From NCBI GenBank assembly GCA_038231135.1, contig JBBRLX010000006.1:20161-84160 (forward strand): a stretch of DNA of 64,000 nucleotides, in the 5' to 3' direction. A model generated the notes under the pieces. It was given only the letters and a program-made list of their open reading frames with translations. It was not told the DNA's origin and searched no databases. Below are positions 42,098-52,158 of the stretch, one piece after another. This DNA is from Candidatus Eiseniibacteriota bacterium (GTDB lineage Bacteria > Eisenbacteria > RBG-16-71-46). The translations under genes and the position numbers were made by a program. Numbering within the stretch: the stretch's first letter is position 1; each line of letters begins with the position of its first letter.

Positions 42098-42921
42098 GCA
42101 CCACGATCGTCCGCGGTCCGGCGCTCGAGGTGCGCGCGTGCCTGGCGCGCGCGTACGTGCGGCTCGTGGGATCGGTGCGGGAGCCGTCGTGGATCATCAA
42201 CGACGCGGTGTTCCCGGCACTCGGCATGGTCGCGTTCGTGCTGCTGTACCGCGCGCTGGGCGCGCCGCGCAGCTACGAGGCGGTGGCCGTGATCGGCGGC
42301 ATCCTGTCCACGTTCTGGCTCAACGTGCTGTGGGGCATGGGCGCCCAGCTCTACTGGGAGAAGCAGCAGGGCCAGCTCCAGTTGTATTTCGCGGCGCCGT
42401 GCTCGCGCATGGCGATCCTCGCCGGCATGGCGCTGGGCGGCCTCGGCATGACCTCGGTGCGCGCGATCTTCGGCATCGCCCTCGGGTTCGGCGTGTTCGG
42501 CGTGCGCGTGCAGCCATTCTCGATCGGCGAACTGCTGGGCGTGTTCCTGCTGACGATGTTCGCGCTGTATGCGCTCGGCATGGTGCTCGCGTCACTGTTC
42601 CTGTTGTATGGCCGCGAGGCGTGGCATCTGTGCAACGCGCTCACCGAGCCGGTGTACTTCCTGTCGGGAATGTACTTTCCGCTGCGCACGCTGGGAGCGC
42701 TCGGCGGCGTGGTCGCGGGGATCATCCCGCTCGCGCTCGGCATCGACGCCATGCGCCAGGTGCTGCTCGGCCGCGGCGCCCACGGCATGCTGCCGGTCGC
42801 CCTGGAGGCCGGGATCCTCGCCGCGCTGGGCGCGGCGCTGCTGGTGCTGGCGCGGTTCACGCTGCGTTACCTCGAGGGCCTGTCGAAGCGCGAAGGCCGG
42901 CTCACCCAGCGATGGCAGTGA
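42094..42921 (+). CDS. ABC-2 type transporter permease
   Basis: GTGA overlap with the ATPase gene. Six predicted TM helices. Confidence 0.75.
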   Translation: MSTTIVRGPALEVRACLARAYVRLVGSVREPSWIINDAVFPALGMVAFVLLYRALGAPRSYEAVAVIGGILSTFWLNVLWGMGAQLYWEKQQGQLQLYFAAPCSRMAILAGMALGGLGMTSVRAIFGIALGFGVFGVRVQPFSIGELLGVFLLTMFALYALGMVLASLFLLYGREAWHLCNALTEPVYFLSGMYFPLRTLGALGGVVAGIIPLALGIDAMRQVLLGRGAHGMLPVALEAGILAALGAALLVLARFTLRYLEGLSKREGRLTQRWQ

Positions 42922-42925
42922 CGCG

Positions 42926-43768
42926 ATGACGGCGCTCGTACAGCGCGCCCGCGCCGCCGCCTGGCTCGGCTGGCAGATCGAATCGAACTGGGCGGACTGG
43001 TTCACGTTCTCGGTCTACACGCTGATCCGTCCGATCGGCACCGCGCTGATCCTCGGCGGCATGTACTGGGCCGTCGGCGGCGCTGCCCGCCACGCGTCGC
43101 TGTTCGCGGCGTTCTACCTCGCCAACGCGTTGCACGAGTACGTCACGCGCGTGCTCGTCGGCATGGGCTGGGTCGTGGTCGAGGAACGCGAGGACTACGA
43201 GACGCTCAAGCTGGTATACACCTCGCCGGTCGGCATGCGCACGTACCTGCTGGGCCGGGCCGGCGTGAAGTTCGGCCTCGCGACCTGCAGCGCCGTGCTG
43301 GTGCTGGCGCTCGGCTGGTTCGCGCTCGGCGTGCGGTGGCACTGGGGCGACGTGCGCTGGCTGCCGCTCGCGGTCGCGGTCGGGATGATCCTGGTCTCGA
43401 CGCTGTTCCTGGGGTTCCTCGTCGCCGGGTTCGCGCTGCTGCTGACGCGCGCCGCCGTGAGCATGAACGAAGGCGTGTCGATCGGACTCTATCTGCTGTG
43501 CGGCGTGATCTTCCCGATCGACCTGCTGCCGCATGGCCTGCGTGAGGTGGCGCTGGTGCTGCCGTTCACCTACGGCTACGAAGCCGTGCGCCGGTTCGTG
43601 CTGGGACACGGCGCGAGCGCCATGCTCGGCCGCCTCGGCGACGTCCAGTTGCTGGGGATGCTGGCGCTCACGACGGCGCTGATCTCGGTGATCGGCTATC
43701 GCGGCTACGGCGCGCTCGAACGCAAGGCGCGGCGGGAGGGCAAGCTGGACCAGACGACGATGTTCTGA
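42926..43768 (+). CDS. ABC-2 type transporter permease (second subunit)
   Basis: A polytopic membrane protein immediately following the first permease. Confidence 0.75.
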   Translation: MTALVQRARAAAWLGWQIESNWADWFTFSVYTLIRPIGTALILGGMYWAVGGAARHASLFAAFYLANALHEYVTRVLVGMGWVVVEEREDYETLKLVYTSPVGMRTYLLGRAGVKFGLATCSAVLVLALGWFALGVRWHWGDVRWLPLAVAVGMILVSTLFLGFLVAGFALLLTRAAVSMNEGVSIGLYLLCGVIFPIDLLPHGLREVALVLPFTYGYEAVRRFVLGHGASAMLGRLGDVQLLGMLALTTALISVIGYRGYGALERKARREGKLDQTTMF

Positions 43769-43777
43769 ACGGCGTCG

Positions 43778-46423
43778 CTACTTCGCCGGGTCCGCCTCGC
43801 CGGTCTGGGAGTAATTCGCCTCGAGCCACGTCGCCGCGTCGCCGCCTTCGCGTTCGCGCAACTCCGCGCACTCCCGAATGGCCTGGGACATCTGTGTGAA
43901 TTCCTGCTCGGTGCCCGCGGGATGGTGGCGGGGGTCGTCGAAGTACGTCTGCGCCGCCGCCACCTGCTGCGGCGAGCAGCCCTGCACGATGCGCGGCAGC
44001 GCCACCGCGTAGCTCGCCGGCATGCGGGACGTGATCGCGTCGTAGTTCGTCGCCAGCCACAGGAACAGGTCGTCGTCGAACCGGCCCGAATTCGCGATGC
44101 CCGTCGGAATGCGCAGACGCTCGCCGGCGTCGAGCGGGCCGCGCATCGAGTAGTCGAGCGCGCGGTGCACCAGCGCCCGCGTGCCGAAGCTGCCGATCGC
44201 GTCGAGGAATCGCGCCCGCTCCTCGGGCGTCGCCGCCACTTCGAAGCGTTGCGCATATTCCGAGAACAGCGTCGTGTCGCCGCGGATCGCGGCAATCTGC
44301 AGCGCCGCGTCCGCCACCGACGGGGCGATCGACTCGGGGGACTTGAGGAACGCCGCGGTCAGCGCCTCGCCCCGCGCCATCACGCCCGCGTCGTGGCCCT
44401 GGAATGCCAGGCGCCGCATCAACTCGGGCCGCAGCTCGCCCACCGCCTCGGATTCACCCGGCCGCGGATTCGCGCCGATATGGTCGAGTGCCGGCGACAG
44501 CGTGGCGTGCACGTAGCCCGCGAACAGCGGCTCCGAGCCCGGCAGCGAGAACGGCCGGCGCACGTGATCGAGCGCCGCCATCACCGCGGTCAGCACGTCG
44601 GCGTCGGGGTCGGCGCCGAAGCGCCGCACCGCAGCGAGGTACTCGCCGCCATGGATCACGCCGGCGTCGAGCAGCGCGATCAGGTTGTAGACGAACGCCA
44701 CGCGCTCGCGGGGCGTGAGCAGCTGCTGGGACACCGCGCCGATCGCGTCGAGCATCGTGTCGGGCACCTGCCAGCGGTAGTAGCCGCGCGCGTCGAGGTC
44801 GGGCAGCACCCAGCGCGTGCTGCGGCCGGTCGGCAGATCCACCGACTGCGTGGCTTCGGTGAGGAACACGATTTCGGCGTGCAGCGTGGCGCCGTCCGAA
44901 TACTTGATCGCCACCGGTACGTTCCAGCGCTGTGGGCCGGCGGCCGCGCCGTCGGTGCGGAGCCGCTGCTGGTGCAGCACCAGGCGACCGTTCTCGAACA
45001 GCTCGCAGCTCACGAGCGGCACGCCCGGCTGATCGAGAAACGTGCGCATCGGCGCCGCCATGTCGCGACCGGACGCCTCGCCCAGCGACTTCCACAGGTC
45101 GCCCGCGGTGGCGGTCTTCCAGGCGTTGTCCCGCAGGTAGCGGCTCACGCCGTTCTGGAACACGTCGGTTCCGAGCCACTGCTCGAACATCCCGAGCACC
45201 GCCTGGCCCTTGTCGTAGGACAGGCCGTCGGCGAGGTCGCCGAGCTGGTCCGGCGCGTCGACGCGGCGCCGGATCGGGTGCGTGTTCGGCCGGGCGTCGG
45301 CTGCCATCGCCCGGTGCGCTCCCACGACGTCGCCCTGGCTGGTGCGGTACTCGGGGAACACCTGGTCCGAGATCCTGCCGCCCATCCACGACGCGAACGC
45401 CTCCGACAGCCACAGGTCGTCCCACCAGCGCATCGTCACCAGGTCGCCGAACCACATGTGGGCCAGTTCGTGCGCCATCACGCGCACCAGCTGGCGGCGC
45501 GGGCCGGGCAGCGCGTGGTCGGGATCGATGAGCAGCAGTTTGTCGTTGAACATGACGGCGCCCGGATTCTCCATGGCACCGTAGGCGTAGCCCGGCACCG
45601 CGATCACGTCGAGCTTGTCGAACGGATAGGCCTGACCGAAGTAGTCCTCGAGCGGTTTGAGCAGCGCCGGCACGACGCGCGCCGCCTGGCCGGTGAGGCG
45701 GGACTGCCCGGCGCACGTGATGATGCGTCCCGGCACCGACAGGCCCGGAATCTCGACGGCCTCGAACGGCCCGGTCGCGAACGCGACGAGGTACGACGGC
45801 AGCGGTGGCGTGGTGCGGAACACCACGGCCTTCTGCTCGCCGACCGGCGTCTCCTTGTCGACCGCGGCGTTCGAGATCGCGAGCTGATCCTTGGGCAGGA
45901 TCAGCGTGATCTGCCACGGGATCTTGAACTCGGGTTCATCCCAGCACGGGAATGCGCGGCGCGCGGCGGCCGGCTCGAACTGGGTGAACGCGTAGCTCCG
46001 GCCGTCCACCGTGAGCTTGTAGAACCCGGACCCGTCGGCGCCGAATCGCGCATCGAAGTCGAGCGCCAGCGTGCACGCGCCCGGTTCCAGCGCAGGCGAC
46101 ACGTGCGCCGTGACCATGCCGTCGCGTTCGGGGCCGAGCGTGATCGCGTACGCGTGCTTGTCCGAGCGCAGCGACGCCGCGGAGAAGCTCAGATCGCGGG
46201 CGTGGAACCGGAACGAGTCGGAGCGCTCCCGCACGTCGAGGTCGATGCGCACGGACCCGCGATAGCCGTCCTGCCCGGCGTCGACCGCGAGGCGGACTGC
46301 CTCCGCGGTGGGCACGACGCCGTGGCCGAGACGGGTATCGGTGGGACTCGCCGGCGCGCCGCGGGCGCTCGTCAGCGGCGCCAGCACGAGCGCGAGTGGC
46401 AGCAGGAAACCCCTGAGACGCAT
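43778..46423 (-). CDS. pepN: Aminopeptidase N (M1 family), secreted/periplasmic
   Basis: GAMEN motif (YGAMENPG) and HELAHMWFG...LWLSEAF zinc-binding motifs. Signal peptide. Confidence 0.9.
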   Translation of the reverse strand: MRLRGFLLPLALVLAPLTSARGAPASPTDTRLGHGVVPTAEAVRLAVDAGQDGYRGSVRIDLDVRERSDSFRFHARDLSFSAASLRSDKHAYAITLGPERDGMVTAHVSPALEPGACTLALDFDARFGADGSGFYKLTVDGRSYAFTQFEPAAARRAFPCWDEPEFKIPWQITLILPKDQLAISNAAVDKETPVGEQKAVVFRTTPPLPSYLVAFATGPFEAVEIPGLSVPGRIITCAGQSRLTGQAARVVPALLKPLEDYFGQAYPFDKLDVIAVPGYAYGAMENPGAVMFNDKLLLIDPDHALPGPRRQLVRVMAHELAHMWFGDLVTMRWWDDLWLSEAFASWMGGRISDQVFPEYRTSQGDVVGAHRAMAADARPNTHPIRRRVDAPDQLGDLADGLSYDKGQAVLGMFEQWLGTDVFQNGVSRYLRDNAWKTATAGDLWKSLGEASGRDMAAPMRTFLDQPGVPLVSCELFENGRLVLHQQRLRTDGAAAGPQRWNVPVAIKYSDGATLHAEIVFLTEATQSVDLPTGRSTRWVLPDLDARGYYRWQVPDTMLDAIGAVSQQLLTPRERVAFVYNLIALLDAGVIHGGEYLAAVRRFGADPDADVLTAVMAALDHVRRPFSLPGSEPLFAGYVHATLSPALDHIGANPRPGESEAVGELRPELMRRLAFQGHDAGVMARGEALTAAFLKSPESIAPSVADAALQIAAIRGDTTLFSEYAQRFEVAATPEERARFLDAIGSFGTRALVHRALDYSMRGPLDAGERLRIPTGIANSGRFDDDLFLWLATNYDAITSRMPASYAVALPRIVQGCSPQQVAAAQTYFDDPRHHPAGTEQEFTQMSQAIRECAELREREGGDAATWLEANYSQTGEADPAK

Positions 46424-46618
46424 GCAGACCCTCCTCGTGCGGGGTTATCGGCCGGGAACGGGCCGAGAAACAGGGGTCTCGGGGCCGCAGCGGGCGGCGG
46501 CCGCGGTTCGCCCCCGCCCGCCACCCGCTCGTCACGGACCGGACGGTCGCCCGGGGTCCGGTTGCTACGCTCGTGCGAGTCGAAGCGCCGGGACCACACT
46601 CTGCCAGGAGCCGTCCGT

Positions 46619-48397
46619 ATGCGTGCCAGCTGGAACGCCACCGGCGTGCTGATCGCCGCCATCGCGCTGATCGTCGCCGCCATGTCGATCGCCGTCGTGC
46701 CCGTCATCGCCCGGGCCCAGACGTTCACCCGCATCACCGATCCCGCGAACCCCATCGTGACCGAGATCGCCGAATCGGCCGGCGGCTCGTGGATCGACCT
46801 GAACGGCGACGGCCTGCTCGACCTGTTCATCGCCAAGGGCAATCTCTCGAACCAGAACGACGGGCTGTATCTCAATCGTGGAGCGTTCGTATTCCAGGCC
46901 GTCACGACCGGACCGGTCGTCGGCTCCGGCGGCTCGTCGATCGGCGGCGCATGGGGCGACTGGAACGGCGACGGCAGGCCCGACCTGTTCGTCGCGAACC
47001 GCTCCTCGTTCGGCAATTTCCTGTTTCGCGGGCTGGGCGACACGGCGTTCGTGAGCGACACGAGCGGCACCGTCACCACCGATCTCGCGAACAGCAACAG
47101 CGCCGCGTGGCTGGACCTCGACAACGACGGCGATCTGGACCTGTACGTCGTGAATTTCCAGGGCGACGACTTCTTCTATCGCAACGCGGGCTCGCCCACC
47201 TGGGCGCTGTCGCGCGTGGTGCTGCCCACGATCGGCATCGGCGGCGAGTTCTCGATCCACGGCACCTGGGCGGACTTCGACAACGACGGCGATCTCGACC
47301 TGTTCGTCGCGAACGGCGGCCCGCAGAACGACGACCTGTACGTGAACCAGGGCAACCTCACGTTCGTCCGGCGCTCCCTCAACGATGGCCTGTCGACCAT
47401 CGGCGGCAGCTGGGGGGACTACGACAACGACGGCTACCTGGATCTGTTCGCGACGTCGAATCAGAACCAGCCGTCGGTGCTCTATCACAACGACGGACCG
47501 CCGAACTGGACGTTGACGCCGGTCTCCGCGAGCGTGTTTTCGGGACTCGCCGCCGCCGCGGTCGGGAGCGCGTGGGGCGACGTCGACAACGACGGCGACC
47601 TCGACCTGCTGGTGGCGTGCGACAACGGCCAGAACGAAGCGCTGTTCCTGAACGACTCGGAACACGGCACGTTCACCCGCGTGACGTCCGGTCCGCTGGT
47701 CGCGAGCGGCGGCAATTCGTTCGGGTGCTCGTTCGCCGACATCGATCGCGATGGTGACCTCGACGTGTTCGTCGCGAACCGGTCGAACCAGCAGAGCTTC
47801 CTGTTCCGCAACGACTCGCCGCCGGGCTCGTGGCTCGGCGTCCGGCTGCGCGGCCCCGCCTGGAATTCCGCCGGTGTCGGCGCGCGCGTGCGCGTGCTCG
47901 CGAGCCCGGCCGGCACGCCGCGCTGGCAGATGCAGCAGGTGCTGCCGAGCACCGGCTACAACAGCCAGAACCTGGAGCTGCATTTCGGGCTCGGGCAATC
48001 GACGGTCGTGGACAGCGTCGAGATACAGTGGCCGGACGGCACGCTTCAGCGGCTCGCCGGAGTGGCCGGTGGGCAGGTGGTGGTGATCTCGGAGCATCCG
48101 ACCGGCGGCGTGCCGACGGCGCCGGGCACGGCGGGACCGCGGCTCGCACTCGCGAGCGCCAATCCTGTGCGCGGGCCCGCGGATCTGGCGATCACGCTCG
48201 CGCTGGCCGGCAGCGTCTCGATCTCGATCGTCGACATCCACGGGCGACTGCGCGGGACGCCCGAGGTGCGCTCCCTGCCGGCGGGACGGTCGACGCTGCG
48301 CCTCGCGGCGACCGCGGCGCTCGAGCCCGGGGTGTTCTGGGTGCGGGCGCGCGGTGCCGACGGGCAGAGCGCGCTGCGCGTGGCCGTGCTGCGCTGA
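46619..48397 (+). CDS. FG-GAP/VCBS-repeat protein with ASPIC/UnbV domain (CRTAC1-like), secreted
   Basis: Repeated DxDGDGxxDL(F/Y)V units. An ASPIC/UnbV-like segment (GARVRVLASPAGTPRWQMQQVLPSTGYNSQNLELHFGLG). A C-terminal Ig-like tail. Confidence 0.75.
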   Translation: MRASWNATGVLIAAIALIVAAMSIAVVPVIARAQTFTRITDPANPIVTEIAESAGGSWIDLNGDGLLDLFIAKGNLSNQNDGLYLNRGAFVFQAVTTGPVVGSGGSSIGGAWGDWNGDGRPDLFVANRSSFGNFLFRGLGDTAFVSDTSGTVTTDLANSNSAAWLDLDNDGDLDLYVVNFQGDDFFYRNAGSPTWALSRVVLPTIGIGGEFSIHGTWADFDNDGDLDLFVANGGPQNDDLYVNQGNLTFVRRSLNDGLSTIGGSWGDYDNDGYLDLFATSNQNQPSVLYHNDGPPNWTLTPVSASVFSGLAAAAVGSAWGDVDNDGDLDLLVACDNGQNEALFLNDSEHGTFTRVTSGPLVASGGNSFGCSFADIDRDGDLDVFVANRSNQQSFLFRNDSPPGSWLGVRLRGPAWNSAGVGARVRVLASPAGTPRWQMQQVLPSTGYNSQNLELHFGLGQSTVVDSVEIQWPDGTLQRLAGVAGGQVVVISEHPTGGVPTAPGTAGPRLALASANPVRGPADLAITLALAGSVSISIVDIHGRLRGTPEVRSLPAGRSTLRLAATAALEPGVFWVRARGADGQSALRVAVLR

Positions 48398-48424
48398 TGC
48401 AGGGTGTGCAGTAGCCTTTCCCGC

Positions 48425-49609
48425 ATGACGACCACGAAGCGGCACCACGAGCGGCGCCGGCTCGCCCTGGCGTGGGTGGCCGGATGGCTCGCGCTCGGCA
48501 TCCTCGAGGTCAGCCAGAATCTGATGCAGGCGCGGGCCGTGGGGGTGAAACCGGACCTGCGCGGGGCCGTCGGGATTCCGGGGATCGAGATGCTGTTCTG
48601 GGCATTGATGACGCCGGCGGTCCTCTGGATCCACGCCCGCGCACCGTTGCGCCGGGGACGCCTCGCCGCGTCGGTGGCGAAGCACCTGGTCGCCTGCGTC
48701 GCGCTGTCGGTCCTCCAGTCCCTGATCTCCGGGCCGTTCATCATCGCGCTCGGCTTGTTCAAGACCTGGCGCTGGTCCTACGCGCACCTGTTGTCCGGTA
48801 TGGTGACCGGGAAACTGGTGCAGAATGTCCTCACCTACGCGGCGATCGTCGCCGTGGCTCACGGCTATCGGCTGTGGGACCGGGTCCGCGCCCACGAACT
48901 CGACGCGACGCGGCTCGAGGCCCGGCTCGCCGAAGCGCGCCTCGACGTGCTGCGCATGCAGCTCCAGCCGCACTTCCTGTTCAACACGCTGAACGCGGTG
49001 TCGAGCTTGATGCGCCACGACGTCGCCGCCGCCGACCGGGTGCTGACGCGGCTGTCCGATCTGCTGCGGCTCGCCATGGACCACAATGACGCGCGCGACG
49101 TGTCGCTGCGGGATGAGATCGAATTCCTGAGCGGCTACCTGGAGATCCAGAAGATCCGCTTCGGGGACCGCTTCCGCTTCGTCGTCACGATCGACCCGGC
49201 GGCGCTCGACCTGCGAATCCCCCCGCTGCTGCTGCAGCCACTGGTCGAGAACGCGATCCGGCACGGCCTCAAGAATCGCGTCAAAGGCGGAGTGGTCGAA
49301 GTCGAGGCCCGTCTCGACCGGGGGCGGCTGATCGTGGAGGTTCGCGACAACGGCGTCGGCCTGGCAGCCGCGGCGGAATCCCGCGCGACGCCGTGGGCAT
49401 CCGCGACGGCAAACGGCTCCGAAGCTACGGCCGCGTTTCCGGGGCGCCCTGCAGGGCGCGGCCTCGCGAATACCCGCGCGCGGCTCGCCTACTTCTATGG
49501 GCCCGCGCACCGGTTCGAGACGTCGTCGCCGCCGGCGGGGGGGACGGTGTTCCGGATCGAAGCGCCCGTCCAGCCCGCCGACGGCTCGGCCGCCGAGGCC
49601 AAAGCGTGA
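48425..49609 (+). CDS. LytS-family sensor histidine kinase (5TM-like N-term + His_kinase + HATPase_c)
   Basis: LQPHFLFNTLN (the His_kinase H-box) and the HATPase N-box LLQPLVENAIRHG. Confidence 0.85.
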   Translation: MTTTKRHHERRRLALAWVAGWLALGILEVSQNLMQARAVGVKPDLRGAVGIPGIEMLFWALMTPAVLWIHARAPLRRGRLAASVAKHLVACVALSVLQSLISGPFIIALGLFKTWRWSYAHLLSGMVTGKLVQNVLTYAAIVAVAHGYRLWDRVRAHELDATRLEARLAEARLDVLRMQLQPHFLFNTLNAVSSLMRHDVAAADRVLTRLSDLLRLAMDHNDARDVSLRDEIEFLSGYLEIQKIRFGDRFRFVVTIDPAALDLRIPPLLLQPLVENAIRHGLKNRVKGGVVEVEARLDRGRLIVEVRDNGVGLAAAAESRATPWASATANGSEATAAFPGRPAGRGLANTRARLAYFYGPAHRFETSSPPAGGTVFRIEAPVQPADGSAAEAKA

Positions 49610-50439
49610 GCGAAGGCGCCGGCCGTCCGGACGCCGCCCCGGGCGAGGACGCCGCCGAGGCGCCGCGCATCCGGCTGCGCGTCCTGCTGATCGACGACGA
49701 AGCGCCGGCCCGCGACAAGCTGCGCTCGATGCTCGTCCGGGAACCGGATGTGGAGGTGGTGGGGGAATGCGCCACGGGCCTCGAGGCGCTGGAGTGGATC
49801 CGCCGCGACCGGCCGGATCTGGTGTTCCTCGACATCGAGATGCCGCAACTCGATGGGCTATCGATGCTGACGGCTCTCGGATCGGAGAACGTGCCCGCCG
49901 TGGTGTTCGTGACCGCGTATGACCGCTACGCGATCGAGGCGTTCGAGGTCCATGCGCTGGATTACCTGCTCAAGCCGTTCGACCAGGATCGCCTCACTCG
50001 ATCGCTGAGCCACGTGCGCCGCATCCTCGAGACCGCGCCGGGCGTGTTCGGAACGCGCGTGGCGGGATTGATCGACGCGCTGCGGCATGCCCCGGAGTTC
50101 GAGTTGCGGCTGGTCGTGAAGGACGGCGACCGCGTCACGTTCATCGAGGTCGGCGACATCGACTGGGTGCAGGCGGCCGGCAACTACGTCGAGATCCATG
50201 CGGGTCCGGAGCGGCACCTGCTGCGCGAGACGCTCAAGGCGCTCGAGGCGCGTCTGGACGGCCGGCGCTTCGTTCGCATCCATCGCTCGGCGCTCGTGAA
50301 CCTCGACCGCATTCGCGACATGCGCGCCGGCGACCACGGCGAGTATCACATCACGCTCACCGATGGCCGGCGATTGAAGGCGGGCCGGGGCGCGAGCGCG
50401 CTGCTGAGGCAGCGGCTGGCGGGTCGCGAGTCGCGCTGA
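49606..50439 (+). CDS. LytTR-family response regulator
   Basis: GTGA overlap with the kinase gene. A receiver domain (VLLIDDE...LVFLDIEMP) plus the LytTR DNA-binding domain (RFVRIHRSALVNLDRI). Confidence 0.85.
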   Translation: MSEGAGRPDAAPGEDAAEAPRIRLRVLLIDDEAPARDKLRSMLVREPDVEVVGECATGLEALEWIRRDRPDLVFLDIEMPQLDGLSMLTALGSENVPAVVFVTAYDRYAIEAFEVHALDYLLKPFDQDRLTRSLSHVRRILETAPGVFGTRVAGLIDALRHAPEFELRLVVKDGDRVTFIEVGDIDWVQAAGNYVEIHAGPERHLLRETLKALEARLDGRRFVRIHRSALVNLDRIRDMRAGDHGEYHITLTDGRRLKAGRGASALLRQRLAGRESR

Positions 50440-50498
50440 CCGCGGCCGCGGGCGGGACCGCGCGATGCATTTCCGCGGCGAAGGGCTAAGCTGCCGCC

Positions 50499-52109
50499 GT
50501 GATCGAACTGCTCGTGCAGCAGCCTTTGCTGCTGCTGTTCCTGGTGCTGGCGCTCGGCTTCGCCCTCGGGCGGGTGTCGGTGCGCGGCGTCAGCGTGGGC
50601 GTGGCCGCCGTGCTGTTCGTCGGACTCGCGGTGGGCGCGCTCGACCCGCGGCTCCAGATCCCCGAGATCATTCAGCGCCTCGGTCTCGTGTTGTTCGTCT
50701 ACACCGTCGGGTTGTCGACGGGCCCGGGGTTCGCCTCCGCGCTGCGCCGTGGCGGGGTTCGCGACGTGATCCTCGCCGTTCTGGCGCTGGCCGCCGGCGC
50801 CGGCCTGGCGCTCGCCGCCCAGCGCGCGTTGCACCTGAGCCCGGCGCTCACCGCGGGATTGTTCGCCGGCAGTCTCACGAACACCCCGGCGCTCGCCGCG
50901 GTGCTCGAGCGGATCGGCGCGGGTGTCGCCGCCGGCCCCGCCGGCCAGCCCGCGGCGCCGGTCGTGGCGTACGCGGTCAGCTATCCCATCGGCGTGCTGG
51001 GAACGCTGCTCGCGGTCGTGCTGGCGCGCCGCACGCTGTTCCGCGGCGTGCCACCCGAAACGCGGGAGCCGGTGGTCGTCGTCATCGCGCGCGTCACACG
51101 CGCCGAAGCGTGCCGGATGCCGCTCGGCGCGCTGGCGCGATCCTCGGGCTGGCGCACGCGGTTCGGCCGCCTCGAACGTGACAGCCAGGTTCGCGTCGTC
51201 GACCCGCGCGAGCCGCTTCGCATCGGCGATCTCGTGAGCCTGGTCGGCCCCGTCGGCGAACTGCCCGAGGTGCTGGCCGCGCTGGGGGAGCGCTCGTCCG
51301 AGCGCATCGACCTCGATCGACGCGTGCTCGACTATCGCCGCATCTTCGTTTCGAACCCCGCCGTGCTCGAGCAGCGGGTCCGCGACCTCAAGGGGCTGGC
51401 GCGTCTGGGGGCGCGGATCACGCGGCTGCGGCGCGGCGACGTGGACGTGCTGCCCACCGGCGGCACGATCCTTCAGCCGGGTGACCGCGTGCGCGTGCTC
51501 GCGCCGGTGGCGCGCATGCAGGAAGTTGCGCGCTACTTCGGGGATTCGTACCGCGAGCTGGCCGAGGTCGACGTGCTCACGTTCGGTCTCGGCGCCGGCC
51601 TGGGCCTGCTGCTGGGCATGGTCCCGCTGCCGCTGCCCGGCGGCTGGACGTTCCAACTCGGCATCGCCGGCGGGCCGCTGATCGCGGGGTTGCTGCTCGG
51701 CTGGATCGGGCGCAGCGGGCCCATCATCTGGGTGATGCCGTACGGCGCCAACCTCACGCTGCGGCAGATCGGGCTCGTGCTGTTCTTCGCCGGCGTGGGC
51801 ACGCGCTCGGGCTGGGTGTTCGCCACCACGCTGCGCCAGAGCGGCGGGTTGCCGCTGCTCGTCGCCGGCGCGGTAATCACGTGCAGCGTGGCGTGGCTCA
51901 CGCTATGGATCGGACGCGCGGTGTTCAAGATCCGCCCCGCGGTGCTCGAGGGCATGGTGTCGGGCATCCAGACCCAGCCCGCGGTGCTCGCATTCGCGAA
52001 ACTGGGTTCGGATGACGACGGCCCGGACGTCGGGTATGCGTCGGTGTTCCCGGTCGCGACGATCGCGAAGATCGTGCTCGCGCAGTTGCTGCTGGGGTTT
52101 GGGAGGTAG
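50499..52109 (+). CDS. YidE/YbjL/AspT-family putative transporter (duplicated membrane domains with central TrkA-C domains)
   Basis: N- and C-terminal polytopic halves flank two RCK_C/TrkA-C-like segments. Confidence 0.8.
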   Translation: MIELLVQQPLLLLFLVLALGFALGRVSVRGVSVGVAAVLFVGLAVGALDPRLQIPEIIQRLGLVLFVYTVGLSTGPGFASALRRGGVRDVILAVLALAAGAGLALAAQRALHLSPALTAGLFAGSLTNTPALAAVLERIGAGVAAGPAGQPAAPVVAYAVSYPIGVLGTLLAVVLARRTLFRGVPPETREPVVVVIARVTRAEACRMPLGALARSSGWRTRFGRLERDSQVRVVDPREPLRIGDLVSLVGPVGELPEVLAALGERSSERIDLDRRVLDYRRIFVSNPAVLEQRVRDLKGLARLGARITRLRRGDVDVLPTGGTILQPGDRVRVLAPVARMQEVARYFGDSYRELAEVDVLTFGLGAGLGLLLGMVPLPLPGGWTFQLGIAGGPLIAGLLLGWIGRSGPIIWVMPYGANLTLRQIGLVLFFAGVGTRSGWVFATTLRQSGGLPLLVAGAVITCSVAWLTLWIGRAVFKIRPAVLEGMVSGIQTQPAVLAFAKLGSDDDGPDVGYASVFPVATIAKIVLAQLLLGFGR

Positions 52110-52158
52110 CGAGGCGCGAGACATCCGCGGGCATCATGCGTCGGACGCCTGACGCACT

